From the NCBI GenBank assembly GCA_964406075.1, contig CAYOQI010000002.1:160565-224564 (forward strand): a stretch of 64,000 nucleotides of DNA, given 5' to 3'. Positions 18,396-26,468 of this stretch are shown here, piece after piece. The translations under genes were made by a program, and so were the position numbers. The stretch is from an uncultured Pseudomonadales bacterium (lineage in GTDB: Bacteria > Patescibacteriota > Microgenomatia > UBA1400 > PJMF01). Below the pieces are notes generated by a model. That model was not told the origin of the DNA, ran no database searches, and saw only the letters and a program-made list of their open reading frames with translations. The number at the start of each line of letters is the position of its first letter. Within the stretch, counting starts at the first letter, position 1.

Positions 18396-18547
18396 TCAGA
18401 AATTATATCAGTTGCGTGGGCATCATCGCATATATAACTTTGTATAAGCTTTCTAGTACTGATAAAATGCAGGATAAATATAATTCAAACGTATTTTGTT
18501 TCGCTTGATGGACAGTGTTAGAACCTATTTTAGGAATTCTGATGATT

Positions 18548-18826
18548 CTACTTTTTCTTTCCAGTTAAGATGAGAGTATTTGATTCGTCACTATGAACTC
18601 CACCACTATTTACATTTTTATCACCTATATTTGGTCCATTCTTGATAACATGCACTAATGCCATTCCATGTCCTCGACCTAACCCATACTCATCTTTTAA
18701 CCAAAAAAGTATTTCCCCAGCCTTTGTGTTTTTGTCGAAACCTTTTGCTTTTGCTTCATCAATAAACTGTTGTGGTGTTTTCCCAGTTTTTTCCTCAATG
18801 TTATCTAAATATGCTTGAAATGACAT
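18548..18826 (-). CDS. DUF4287 domain protein
   Basis: MSFQAYLDNIEEKTGKTPQQFIDEAKAKGF...WLKDEYGLGRGHGMALVHVIKNG. Confidence 0.7.
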   Translation of the reverse strand: MSFQAYLDNIEEKTGKTPQQFIDEAKAKGFDKNTKAGEILFWLKDEYGLGRGHGMALVHVIKNGPNIGDKNVNSGGVHSDESNTLILTGKKK

Positions 18827-18900
18827 TATGTTTAATTATATCTAAAAAAGGTTCTAACGTCCAAATAGGGTTAATGGAAAATTGAGGCTAAAAATATGCT

Positions 18901-18918
18901 GCTCCCCGTCAATGAAAT
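18901..18918 (-). repeat. tRNA-Asn 3'-end-like repeat B
   Basis: Minus strand reads ATTTCATTGACGGGGAGC. Intergenic. Confidence 0.6.
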
Positions 18919-19125
18919 GTGGGGATTATAGCGGAAAAACAATAAAATTAAAACTATAGGATCTAACAACTACACCTACTTTAAAGTCCTACATGTTAAA
19001 GAGTTCTGAACATCATAGATTCCGGGTTCCGTGTAGGACTTGTAACAAGCGAGACCTAAGAAACAGGGCCATGTCAACATCTCTCAATGTCTCACGGCCC
19101 TGATATAAGAAGCATCTAAGATGCA

Positions 19126-19431
19126 TCAATGATTGAGGTAACTAACCCGCTCATGTTGCTCCAAAAGCCTCTGGTAGTGAGTGTTATCACCTTCAGTGCG
19201 TTGAGGGCATTCATCATAAAAAGGGTCATACCACGTATTAGTCTTGCTCTGACGATAGCTATGTGCGCTATCAGCTAGTTCTTTGCCGGCTTGTAGACCA
19301 CAGTGGAGTACAAACTCGGTCCTCGTGATCAGGAACCATTTATCTCGTTCCTGTGCCAATGACTCAAGGGCTTGTTGCTGCTCTGTACTCAACCCTAGAG
19401 ATCTAAGATCGAACGGGAAAATATCACTCAT
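19126..19431 (-). CDS. Hypothetical protein
   Basis: 101-aa ORF followed by a hairpin (CAGGGCC...GGCCCTG, then T-run on the minus strand). No recognisable family. Confidence 0.5.
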   Translation of the reverse strand: MSDIFPFDLRSLGLSTEQQQALESLAQERDKWFLITRTEFVLHCGLQAGKELADSAHSYRQSKTNTWYDPFYDECPQRTEGDNTHYQRLLEQHERVSYLNH

Positions 19432-19782
19432 CGACTAACACTCCTTTGAGATACTTTTAAATACGAATGTGCTCTAGAACAAGAAGTAGTAAGTGCAATT
19501 GATACACCTCTGATAATTTCTAGGCCTATAATTATATCATCGGACTTACTCTTGTCTACCTCAGGAAATGACCTAGTAATTCTGTAAACAAAAATGAATC
19601 ATTCTAAAAAAAACAGAAACTATGTATAGCTTTCTTGTTGTCACTATTCTGTAGACGAGATGCTCATAGATTTTAATGAATGGTGCTATGAAAAAAAAGA
19701 TGGAAGGTGAATGGATATACAGTAAAAAAGAAGGATATCTCTTGGCAATTTAGTCAAGAAGTTGAACAAGTCTTTAAACAGA

Positions 19783-20388
19783 CTATTTATCCCATTTTAA
19801 CTGCTCTCTATCCCTAGCTGATTGAGTTTTGTTATCTGTGTTACTAACAATATCTTTATGCATTAAGAGCGATAATGTCCCATTTAATCCAATATAAGGT
19901 TGCAGATCAATGCCTCCTTGAATATCATTTTTGAAAACTGATACTCCATAAGTAATTTTCAATCCTTCTGATGCTAACCCAGGGACAGCGTGTAAATATT
20001 CATGTTCTAGCATTTCTTCAATTTTCTGGTCTACCCAAGAATCAGGCACAACAGCACCAGTTTCATTAATGGCTTTTTCAAACGCCATTCTTAGCAAAAT
20101 AGGGTATAAATGCGAGTCAGTTACTTCAATTTTATTATCATCATAACTAGCTGAGGCATCCAAAAAAATATCTTCAGGATTAACTTCATCACGAATTTTT
20201 TGTATTATTTCAGCTGTAAATGCTTTAGCCTCGTCTAGATCAACTTTGGGTGCAATTGAACCATCAGACTGAAACTCAACTTTTGACTCTGATAATATTT
20301 CTTTATGGTCAAAGGCAAAATCAGTTCTGTCCGCAAGTTCCTTTTTTTGTTCTTCTAATTGGCTTTGAACGGAATTTTCTTGCATCAT
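19783..20388 (-). CDS. Hypothetical protein with an HExxH motif
   Basis: 201 aa with an acidic N-terminal half. EEMLEHEYLHAVPG contains HEYLH. Confidence 0.55.
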   Translation of the reverse strand: MMQENSVQSQLEEQKKELADRTDFAFDHKEILSESKVEFQSDGSIAPKVDLDEAKAFTAEIIQKIRDEVNPEDIFLDASASYDDNKIEVTDSHLYPILLRMAFEKAINETGAVVPDSWVDQKIEEMLEHEYLHAVPGLASEGLKITYGVSVFKNDIQGGIDLQPYIGLNGTLSLLMHKDIVSNTDNKTQSARDREQLKWDK

Positions 20389-20458
20389 TTAAGTATATTA
20401 CTTAAGACGAGAAGAAGCATGGAGTTTATCCCTGCTGTTTAGGCGAATATATACTGAA

Positions 20459-20487
20459 GCTCCCCGTCCATCAGCTTACTCGAACAA
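20459..20487 (-). repeat. tRNA-Asn 3'-end-like repeat C
   Basis: Minus strand reads TTGTTCGAGTAAGCTGATGGACGGGGAGC, 27/29 identical to repeat D. Confidence 0.75.
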
Positions 20488-20731
20488 CAATAACACAAGT
20501 ATTCATCTAAATTGAATTCAATTTCTGATATTCTAGTCCCTATAATTTTTCTCTAGGTCTTTTTAATGGTATAATCTCCTCTGGAAAATTCCTTTTGCCA
20601 GGCGGTTTTTACGACTGTTTTTTTAGCAAAAGATGTTTTTCAGTTCGTTAACATGTGAAGAGAAAGGAAGACAAGACACAGAATAGTTCAAATTCGTTCT
20701 TAATCTAAGAAAGTCTACAAGGAGACAAGAA

Positions 20732-22837
20732 GTGAATAGCAAGTTGAAAGTGGGAATAATCAGGATAGCACTTCTGATCGTTTTAGTAGTGTTATCACAG
20801 GGAACTGTTTTTGCTCAGGGCTGTAGTGTCCAAATGTCAATGGATCCTACGCCACCATTCACGCTGGGTACTCATGTCCAGCTTCATGTTTGGGGCAATT
20901 GTGGGACAGTCCGGTTTGAAATTAACGGGCAACCACGTGCTGAGATTGGTACTACCGAACAACGAGAAACCTGGAAAACGGAAGAATTTGGTTCTGGGAA
21001 TTTTGAAGTGTGCGGAGTTGGACGCGGAAGCGGCGGTTGGGAAAACGCCAGCCGCTCTTGCCGAACTGTATACGTAGCTGGTAGTCAAGCTCAACCTCCT
21101 GGGAGTAATCCCGGGAGTAACGTAAGGTGCTGGGTAAACAGTTTTACTGTAACACCTGGTAGTGCAAATATCGGTCATACTTTCCAGTTCGCCGGCTCAG
21201 GCCAGTGCGACGGGAATGCCAGGGCTGCACGGTTCTACATCGGTGGTAATCCATGGGGAGAGTATGGTGGAAACACAACCTCATCTTCGTGGAATACCAG
21301 TGGACAGAGTGCCGGTACATACGAAATCTGTTTCGGCATCACCGGTGGAGAGTGGTCACAAGAAGCGAGGAGTTGTACAAACATCACCCTCAGCTCATCG
21401 GGAGGACCATCGAACAATACCTCGCAGGGTCCACAGACAAACAATAATCAGCCTGGACAAACAAACCAAAGTGGGCCGGGGAATCAAAACAACCCTCCAG
21501 TACAGAATAACCAACCTCCGAACCAGAACAATAATGCAGATAATGGTGGATCTAGCGGGAATTCAGGTGGATCAAGTGGTGGTTCTGGTGGAGGGAATAG
21601 TTCAAACAATGGAGGGGACACCGGGTACGGCACGAACAGCAGTGATCCGACGTTCAGTCAACCTTGTGTTTCATCCAGACTTCGGGTTGGAGATATCGCT
21701 ATCGTCAACCCCAGGAACGAGTATGTGAGACTCCGTTCCAGTGCGCGTGTGGATGCCTCCACATTAACTACCATCCCTTCAAGAAGCCAGATTACCCTAA
21801 TCGGTGGGCCTGTCTGCAGTCACGCCTGGCAATGGTATGAAACCCAATACAATGGTTTCACCGGATGGGTAGCTGAGATTGGTCCTGACGGGGACAGTCA
21901 ACGCAACCTGCTCAGGAATGGAGAAGCACTTCCGGGTAGCAGTGGTTCATCTGGTTCAGGTAGTTCTTCAGGAAGTGGCGGAAATTCAAACACCACTACT
22001 TGCAATGGAGCAGTCCAAGTTTCTCTCACGGTCGGTGGACGAGGACGGGTTACACCTGGTGATCCCAATCGTCTGCGGTCAGGAGTGGGAACAGGTCAGT
22101 CCCAGATAGATACTATTCCTGGCAACGGTGAGTTCCAAGTCGTTGGCGGTCCTCGCTGTGCTGACGGTTACCAGTGGTGGCAAGTAGAATACAACGGTCA
22201 GACCGGCTGGACTGTAGCTGGCGGAAATGGTCAAGCCTGGGTGGTTTCGCTGGGTGGGGGAAACAACAACCAACCCCAGCCAACACCAGTTCTACAGGGA
22301 AACCAGGTAGAAACTATCCAATTCTACTATGCACCTTGGGGAAGAACCTATCAGCTCGAGGTCACACGAACCAACCATTGTGTGGTACGGAATGGTTCTA
22401 CAATTATCGCTCGAGAAATTGAGCGAGTTGGGATCATTCTCGATTCAATGAATCTCGCACAGCGGGTGAACTTTATGATTGAGTATTTCTCACTCAACAC
22501 TGGAGGTATTGAGCAATTTAGGCTGCGTATCCAGCGCCAGCTTGGCTGTTCTAATTTCTCTTACCAAGTCGGAGAGAGAAACATGGACGAATCAGGGTTG
22601 GGAAATATTATCTACGGATATGCGCTTGAAAGATGGTCAGATGTGGTTGAGTCTGTTATTGCACGTCTTTTTCAAGGTAGACGAGACAAAAGTCTGCATC
22701 CACTCATCCTCGGTGACAATCCAGACGATGTTTCTCAACGATCACTGGGAGCGACTATAGCTCGACTAACTAACCAATCGGCGAGTCCTTCTACCAGTAC
22801 AGTTGAACAGGCTGCTGTATCAGTAGGACTCTTCTAA
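20732..22837 (+). CDS. Secreted multidomain protein: 2 Ig-like repeats, Gly/Ser/Asn-rich linkers, 2 SH3b-like domains, unknown C-terminal ~190-aa domain
   Basis: 701 aa. GTG start with AAGGAG RBS and a signal peptide. The SH3b-like pair ends ...WYETQYNGFTGWVAE and ...WWQVEYNGQTGWTVA. The C-terminal domain contains GLGNIIYGYALE. The gene is strongly GC-rich (36/60 GC at 21001..21060). Confidence 0.8.
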   Translation: MNSKLKVGIIRIALLIVLVVLSQGTVFAQGCSVQMSMDPTPPFTLGTHVQLHVWGNCGTVRFEINGQPRAEIGTTEQRETWKTEEFGSGNFEVCGVGRGSGGWENASRSCRTVYVAGSQAQPPGSNPGSNVRCWVNSFTVTPGSANIGHTFQFAGSGQCDGNARAARFYIGGNPWGEYGGNTTSSSWNTSGQSAGTYEICFGITGGEWSQEARSCTNITLSSSGGPSNNTSQGPQTNNNQPGQTNQSGPGNQNNPPVQNNQPPNQNNNADNGGSSGNSGGSSGGSGGGNSSNNGGDTGYGTNSSDPTFSQPCVSSRLRVGDIAIVNPRNEYVRLRSSARVDASTLTTIPSRSQITLIGGPVCSHAWQWYETQYNGFTGWVAEIGPDGDSQRNLLRNGEALPGSSGSSGSGSSSGSGGNSNTTTCNGAVQVSLTVGGRGRVTPGDPNRLRSGVGTGQSQIDTIPGNGEFQVVGGPRCADGYQWWQVEYNGQTGWTVAGGNGQAWVVSLGGGNNNQPQPTPVLQGNQVETIQFYYAPWGRTYQLEVTRTNHCVVRNGSTIIAREIERVGIILDSMNLAQRVNFMIEYFSLNTGGIEQFRLRIQRQLGCSNFSYQVGERNMDESGLGNIIYGYALERWSDVVESVIARLFQGRRDKSLHPLILGDNPDDVSQRSLGATIARLTNQSASPSTSTVEQAAVSVGLF

Positions 22838-22857
22838 ATCTCTTCACAATAAACACC

Positions 22858-22886
22858 ACCTGTGCCAGGAAAATCCTGGCACAGGT
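22858..22886. terminator. Bidirectional hairpin terminator between convergent genes
   Basis: ACCTGTGCCAGG-AAAAT-CCTGGCACAGGT, a 12-bp perfect stem. Confidence 0.65.
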
Positions 22887-22887
22887 T

Positions 22888-23244
22888 TCACAAATAAATA
22901 TACAAAATTGTTGAAATAAGAACCGTACATACAATAATCAGAAATGATAGAGCAAATCCCGATACAATATTGACAAAAAATGTTTGCAGTTTGTTTTTTG
23001 TTTTATTTTGAGGAAGGAACACAAGCAAAGAAAAGACAAAACTTAACGCTCCAGTTAGACCCATCCAATGAAAGCTGAGAAGAATTGAAGTAAACATCAG
23101 TGTATTAGATAGAGTAGAAGTTCCACCACTTCCTGGGCTGTCATGAAATTGCATCCAAGTGATTAAACAGAGGAAAATAAACGACGTGATGGTTACGGAC
23201 ACAAGTGCATATGGGATTGTTTTAAAAAAGTTTAGTATTTTCAT
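22888..23244 (-). CDS. 4-TM membrane protein
   Basis: 118 aa. Its topology resembles that of the adjacent 129-aa protein. Confidence 0.55.
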   Translation of the reverse strand: MKILNFFKTIPYALVSVTITSFIFLCLITWMQFHDSPGSGGTSTLSNTLMFTSILLSFHWMGLTGALSFVFSLLVFLPQNKTKNKLQTFFVNIVSGFALSFLIIVCTVLISTILYIYL

Positions 23245-23262
23245 ACGCAGATTTTGTTTTTT

Positions 23263-23652
23263 TTAAAAAAGATTTGAAAAAAAGAAAATGAGTGCTAATC
23301 CTAAACAAAAAATGATGAAAGAAATAAAAGGAGTTAAAACAGTATTAATCGCAATCTTCTTTAATACTTTTCCTAAAGATTTTCTTTCAGTCAGCCCATA
23401 AAAGATCAGGCTCAAAACAAAAGAAGTAACTGTTGCAGCGATAAAAAGGAAACTTCCGAAAGCTAGAGCTAACTGAATCCCAAACCAATAATCACTTGAA
23501 GTGTAATGAGCATCAAAACCACTTCTTACCTCTGTCCTTCCATATATCCAAGGAGAGAGTATCAAAGGAAGAATAAACCACAGGAAAAAAGAGATGAAAG
23601 AAAACGGAGCTAGTTTGGGTAGGTACAAAAGATACTTTTTTAATCTTTTCAC
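23263..23652 (-). CDS. 4-TM membrane protein
   Basis: 129 aa with a GTG start. Confidence 0.55.
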   Translation of the reverse strand: MKRLKKYLLYLPKLAPFSFISFFLWFILPLILSPWIYGRTEVRSGFDAHYTSSDYWFGIQLALAFGSFLFIAATVTSFVLSLIFYGLTERKSLGKVLKKIAINTVLTPFISFIIFCLGLALIFFFSNLF

Positions 23653-23709
23653 AAATGTATTGTATCGTATCGAAGATAGAAGTTCAGCAATTAATTACTA
23701 TAGGTCTTT

Positions 23710-23738
23710 GCTCCCCGTTCATCAACTTACTCGAACAA
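23710..23738 (-). repeat. tRNA-Asn 3'-end-like repeat D
   Basis: Minus strand reads TTGTTCGAGTAAGTTGATGAACGGGGAGC. An adjacent 7-bp inverted repeat is GAACAAA-TTCT-TTTGTTC. Confidence 0.75.
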
Positions 23739-23973
23739 ATTCTTTTGTTCATTTTTTCTAATCCGAACGATGATTTAGCTTGTATAAATGTGTAGTGAAA
23801 ATGAAGCTAGCATGAACTATCTGCTCATTTCGAAATGTTCTCTAATCAAGTCTACTGACTACGTCAATAACATGGAGGTAGCACTGTTAAGCTAACTAAT
23901 ATACAAGAAAGAGTTCACGATTGTTCTCTGGCTATATTGATGATTTTTTCTAGTATAGAATTAATTCTGCACT

Positions 23974-25653
23974 ATGCGCTCCATTAGAAAAATATATTTC
24001 AGTTTTGCTGTTGGTTTGCTTTTTTTTGTCTTTTTTGTAGTATCTAGACAGCCAATTGATGCTGATGGTACTCTGGTGAGCTGGTGGAAATTAGATGAGA
24101 CGACACAAGGTGCTACTGCTGTCGACTCAGTTGGTACAAATAATGGAACTGGGGTAGGAACAGGTGGCGGTCCTAATCCGTCAACAGATGTACCTACGGT
24201 AAGTTTTTCTAATCCTAGATCAGCGAGTTTCAATGGTTCAGATCAATATTTTAATTGTGGAAATTCTCCATCAAATTTACCCACAGGTTCACAAGCGAGA
24301 ACAATTTCAGCATGGATAAAAGGAAACACATATACCGGCGGTTCTGGGAGAACAGTCGCAGGTTGGGGCACTGATTCCTCTGGACAGCTGAGCGAGTTGC
24401 GCGTCAACTCTTCAGGAAAAATTGAGTTTCATGGGAATAGTAATGACATCCCAGGGGCAACAACCCTTTCAACAGGACAATGGTATTTTGTTGCGACAAC
24501 AGTTTCGAGCAGTGGCGCAGTCAAGTTATATGTCAACGGGACAGAAGATGGTACCGGAAATGTGACACTCAATACGACAGCTGCAAACTGTAAAATTGGA
24601 CGTCAACCAGATTTTAATGGGCAGTACTTTAACGGCTTCATTGATGAGGTTCGTATTTATAATGGTGATTTATCACCTACTCAGATTACAAATCTAGCAA
24701 ATGGAAACTCGAGCCCTGATCCCACTCCGACGCCTACACCAACTCCCACACCTACCCCGACTCCAACACCCACCCTTACACCTACTCCAACTTCTGTCCC
24801 CTCAATCAGTAGCTCTGGTTCGTCATCTACATCAAATTCGAACTCCACTGAATGTAGCGATGAAGCACCTACATCAGTACCGGATCTTTTTCAGATTAGT
24901 ACTTCACTTACATCCGCAACGTTGTACTTTTCACCTGTAGGGTCGAGTACTGCTTATATCATCCATTACGGCACGTCACTTTCCGCGGATCAGTATGCAG
25001 TAAGTTTTGATCAAAGTACTTCAGGTGGTGTGGTGTCATATACGGTTCAGTCTCTTGCCTCAAACACCAGATATTATTTCAAGGTGCAAGCAAAGCGTGG
25101 TTGCAAAACTGGCACTTGGTCCAATACCAGAGATGAGAAAACGACGAGTCTCGTACCGGAAAATGGTGTTCCTACAACTTCATCAAAGCCATTAAAGATT
25201 CAGGTTGAAGAACCAGTGAAAACCGATACAACACAAGAACCTGCATCGCAAACAACAGAAACACCTATTTCAGACTCAGATGAAGTCGGTGGGTATGAAC
25301 TCTCTATTGCCGTAAAAAATGATGACAAACCAATAGAAGGTGCTGTTGTCGAGTTGCACTCAGTACCTCGTCAAACCACTACAGATAAAGATGGTATAGC
25401 CCGTTTTAGTAATGTCGAAAAAGGTGAGCATACCGTAAAAATTGCCTATGCTGACTATAACGGTGAAGAAAAAGTGACAATTGATGGAGACCAAAAAGAT
25501 CTTTCGATTAACATTACTATTGAAATGGAATCAACGTCAAAATCGCCCAATATATCAGGAATTACAATAGGGGCTGGTGGGGTACTTCTATTCTTGTTTC
25601 TCCTGTTTATTTTCAAAAGAAAAAAATCAAAGAAAGAAAAAATTCGAGTGTAA
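23974..25653 (+). CDS. Surface protein: LamG-like lectin domain, PT linker, FN3-like domain, CarboxypepD_reg-like domain, C-terminal TM anchor
   Basis: 559 aa. LVSWWKLDE...ASFNGSDQYF...ISAWIK...GQWYFVA...FIDEVRIYN fits LamG_3. The C-terminus is ...SPNISGITIGAGGVLLFLFLLFIFKRKKSKKEKIRV. Confidence 0.8.
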   Translation: MRSIRKIYFSFAVGLLFFVFFVVSRQPIDADGTLVSWWKLDETTQGATAVDSVGTNNGTGVGTGGGPNPSTDVPTVSFSNPRSASFNGSDQYFNCGNSPSNLPTGSQARTISAWIKGNTYTGGSGRTVAGWGTDSSGQLSELRVNSSGKIEFHGNSNDIPGATTLSTGQWYFVATTVSSSGAVKLYVNGTEDGTGNVTLNTTAANCKIGRQPDFNGQYFNGFIDEVRIYNGDLSPTQITNLANGNSSPDPTPTPTPTPTPTPTPTPTLTPTPTSVPSISSSGSSSTSNSNSTECSDEAPTSVPDLFQISTSLTSATLYFSPVGSSTAYIIHYGTSLSADQYAVSFDQSTSGGVVSYTVQSLASNTRYYFKVQAKRGCKTGTWSNTRDEKTTSLVPENGVPTTSSKPLKIQVEEPVKTDTTQEPASQTTETPISDSDEVGGYELSIAVKNDDKPIEGAVVELHSVPRQTTTDKDGIARFSNVEKGEHTVKIAYADYNGEEKVTIDGDQKDLSINITIEMESTSKSPNISGITIGAGGVLLFLFLLFIFKRKKSKKEKIRV

Positions 25654-25656
25654 TTT

Positions 25657-25680
25657 GCTCCCCGACCAGTCCACTTGAAG
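25657..25680 (-). repeat. tRNA-Asn 3'-end duplicate E
   Basis: Minus strand reads CTTCAAGTGGACTGGTCGGGGAGC. CTGGTCGGGGAGC (13 nt) is identical to the tRNA-Asn 3' end 95 nt away. Confidence 0.8.
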
Positions 25681-25743
25681 GGATACCCGCTTTACTCCTA
25701 AACTCTTCACTACGTGCCAGCCCAATTCATTGAAACCTACAAG

Positions 25744-25767
25744 AAAACCACGCATCAACGTGGTTTT
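25744..25767. terminator. Bidirectional hairpin terminator
   Basis: AAAACCACG-CATCAA-CGTGGTTTT, with A/T runs on both sides. It lies between the LamG gene and tRNA-Asn. Confidence 0.6.
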
Positions 25768-25775
25768 CTTATGAG

Positions 25776-25847
25776 CTCCCCGACCAGGATTCGAACCTGG
25801 AACCTTGAAGTTAACAGCTTCCTGCTCTGCCGTTGAGCTATCGGGGA
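25776..25847 (-). tRNA. tRNA-Asn (anticodon GTT)
   Basis: Hand-folded cloverleaf: TCCCCGA/TCGGGGA acceptor, GCTC/GAGC D stem, anticodon loop CTGTTAA, T arm CCAGG-TTCGAAT-CCTGG, discriminator G. CCA is not encoded. Confidence 0.9.
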
Positions 25848-25957
25848 TCAATTAGATTTTAAGAAATTCTTTCCATCTAACAGGATGTGATTGTACCAAA
25901 ACACCTCTTGAGAAAAAAGGGCGTGTTCATTCACCTGTGTGCTACACTTTGCTTACT

Positions 25958-26422
25958 ATGGTAACACTCAACTCTCCCGCACCTGATTTCCAACTTCCTG
26001 ATCAAGATGGCAAAATGCATTCGTTAACAGAGTACAAAGGAAAATGGCTGATTGTCTATTTTTATCCCCGAGATAATACGCCCGGTTGTACGGCTGAGGC
26101 GTGCTCTTTTCGAGATACTTCAGAAGTTTTTAAAGAAAAAGGGGTGGAAATTGTCGGTATTTCTAAAGATAGTGTCCGGAAACACAAAAACTTTGCCAAA
26201 AAGTTTAATCTCAATTTTCCATTGCTCAGCGATGAATCTACTGAAACCATCAAAGCATTTGGAGCTTGGGGACCACGCTTATTTTGGGGCAGAAGATTTG
26301 AAGGGATTTTACGAAATACGTATTTGATCAATCCCAAGGGGGAAGTTGTCAAAGTATATGAAAAAGTAAATCCTTTGACCCATGTTCAAGAAATTCTCAA
26401 TGATATTGCTGAATTTCAATAA
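25958..26422 (+). CDS. bcp: Thioredoxin-dependent peroxiredoxin Bcp
   Basis: APDFQLPDQDGK...LIVYFYPRDNTPGCTAEACSFRD. ATG 25958 is preferred over GTG 25937. Confidence 0.9.
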   Translation: MVTLNSPAPDFQLPDQDGKMHSLTEYKGKWLIVYFYPRDNTPGCTAEACSFRDTSEVFKEKGVEIVGISKDSVRKHKNFAKKFNLNFPLLSDESTETIKAFGAWGPRLFWGRRFEGILRNTYLINPKGEVVKVYEKVNPLTHVQEILNDIAEFQ

Positions 26423-26455
26423 AAAGACCGCTTGGATAAGCGGTCTTTTCTTTTT
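26423..26455. terminator. Bidirectional rho-independent terminator
   Basis: AAAGACCGC-TTGGATAA-GCGGTCTTT followed by TCTTTTT. Confidence 0.7.
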
Positions 26456-26468
26456 AAAATATTTTTAC

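Noticed and set aside
13295-18826. Run of ~13 small detox/stress-type genes (YdeI, DUF1801, DUF2200, DHFR-like, VOC x3, EamA, DUF5661, DUF5679, MORN, DUF4287) as a coordinated system
   Set aside because: The families are unrelated, orientations are mixed at 15085, and I know of no functional link. This looks like an accessory grab-bag rather than a system. Only its right edge overlaps the tRNA-Asn repeat series.
20811-22760. Many 60-190-aa ORFs on both strands inside the 701-aa gene
   Set aside because: These are typical shadow ORFs of a GC-rich coding region. The long frame with signal peptide and domain repeats explains the sequence.
23731-23750. Inverted repeat GAACAAA-TTCT-TTTGTTC next to repeat D as an integron attC site
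   Set aside because: It does not fit the RYYYAAC…GTTRRRY cores. The other repeats lack it, and no IntI-type integrase is present.
24720-24790. Short tandem-looking repeats (also at 29940..30100, 34090..34200, 38090..38160, 11500..11550)
   Set aside because: They are Pro/Thr-rich interdomain linkers inside CDSs (PTPTPTP…). They are not CRISPR or other non-coding arrays. No repeat-spacer periodicity or cas genes exist anywhere in the window.
20732-25653. Diversity-generating retroelement (variable lectin-type targets are common in small-genome bacteria)
   Set aside because: There is no reverse transcriptase gene, and I could not find a template/variable repeat pair with A-specific mismatches.
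25627-25851. 74-aa minus-strand ORF
   Set aside because: It spans tRNA-Asn and repeat E. FKVPGSNPGRG is a translated T arm.
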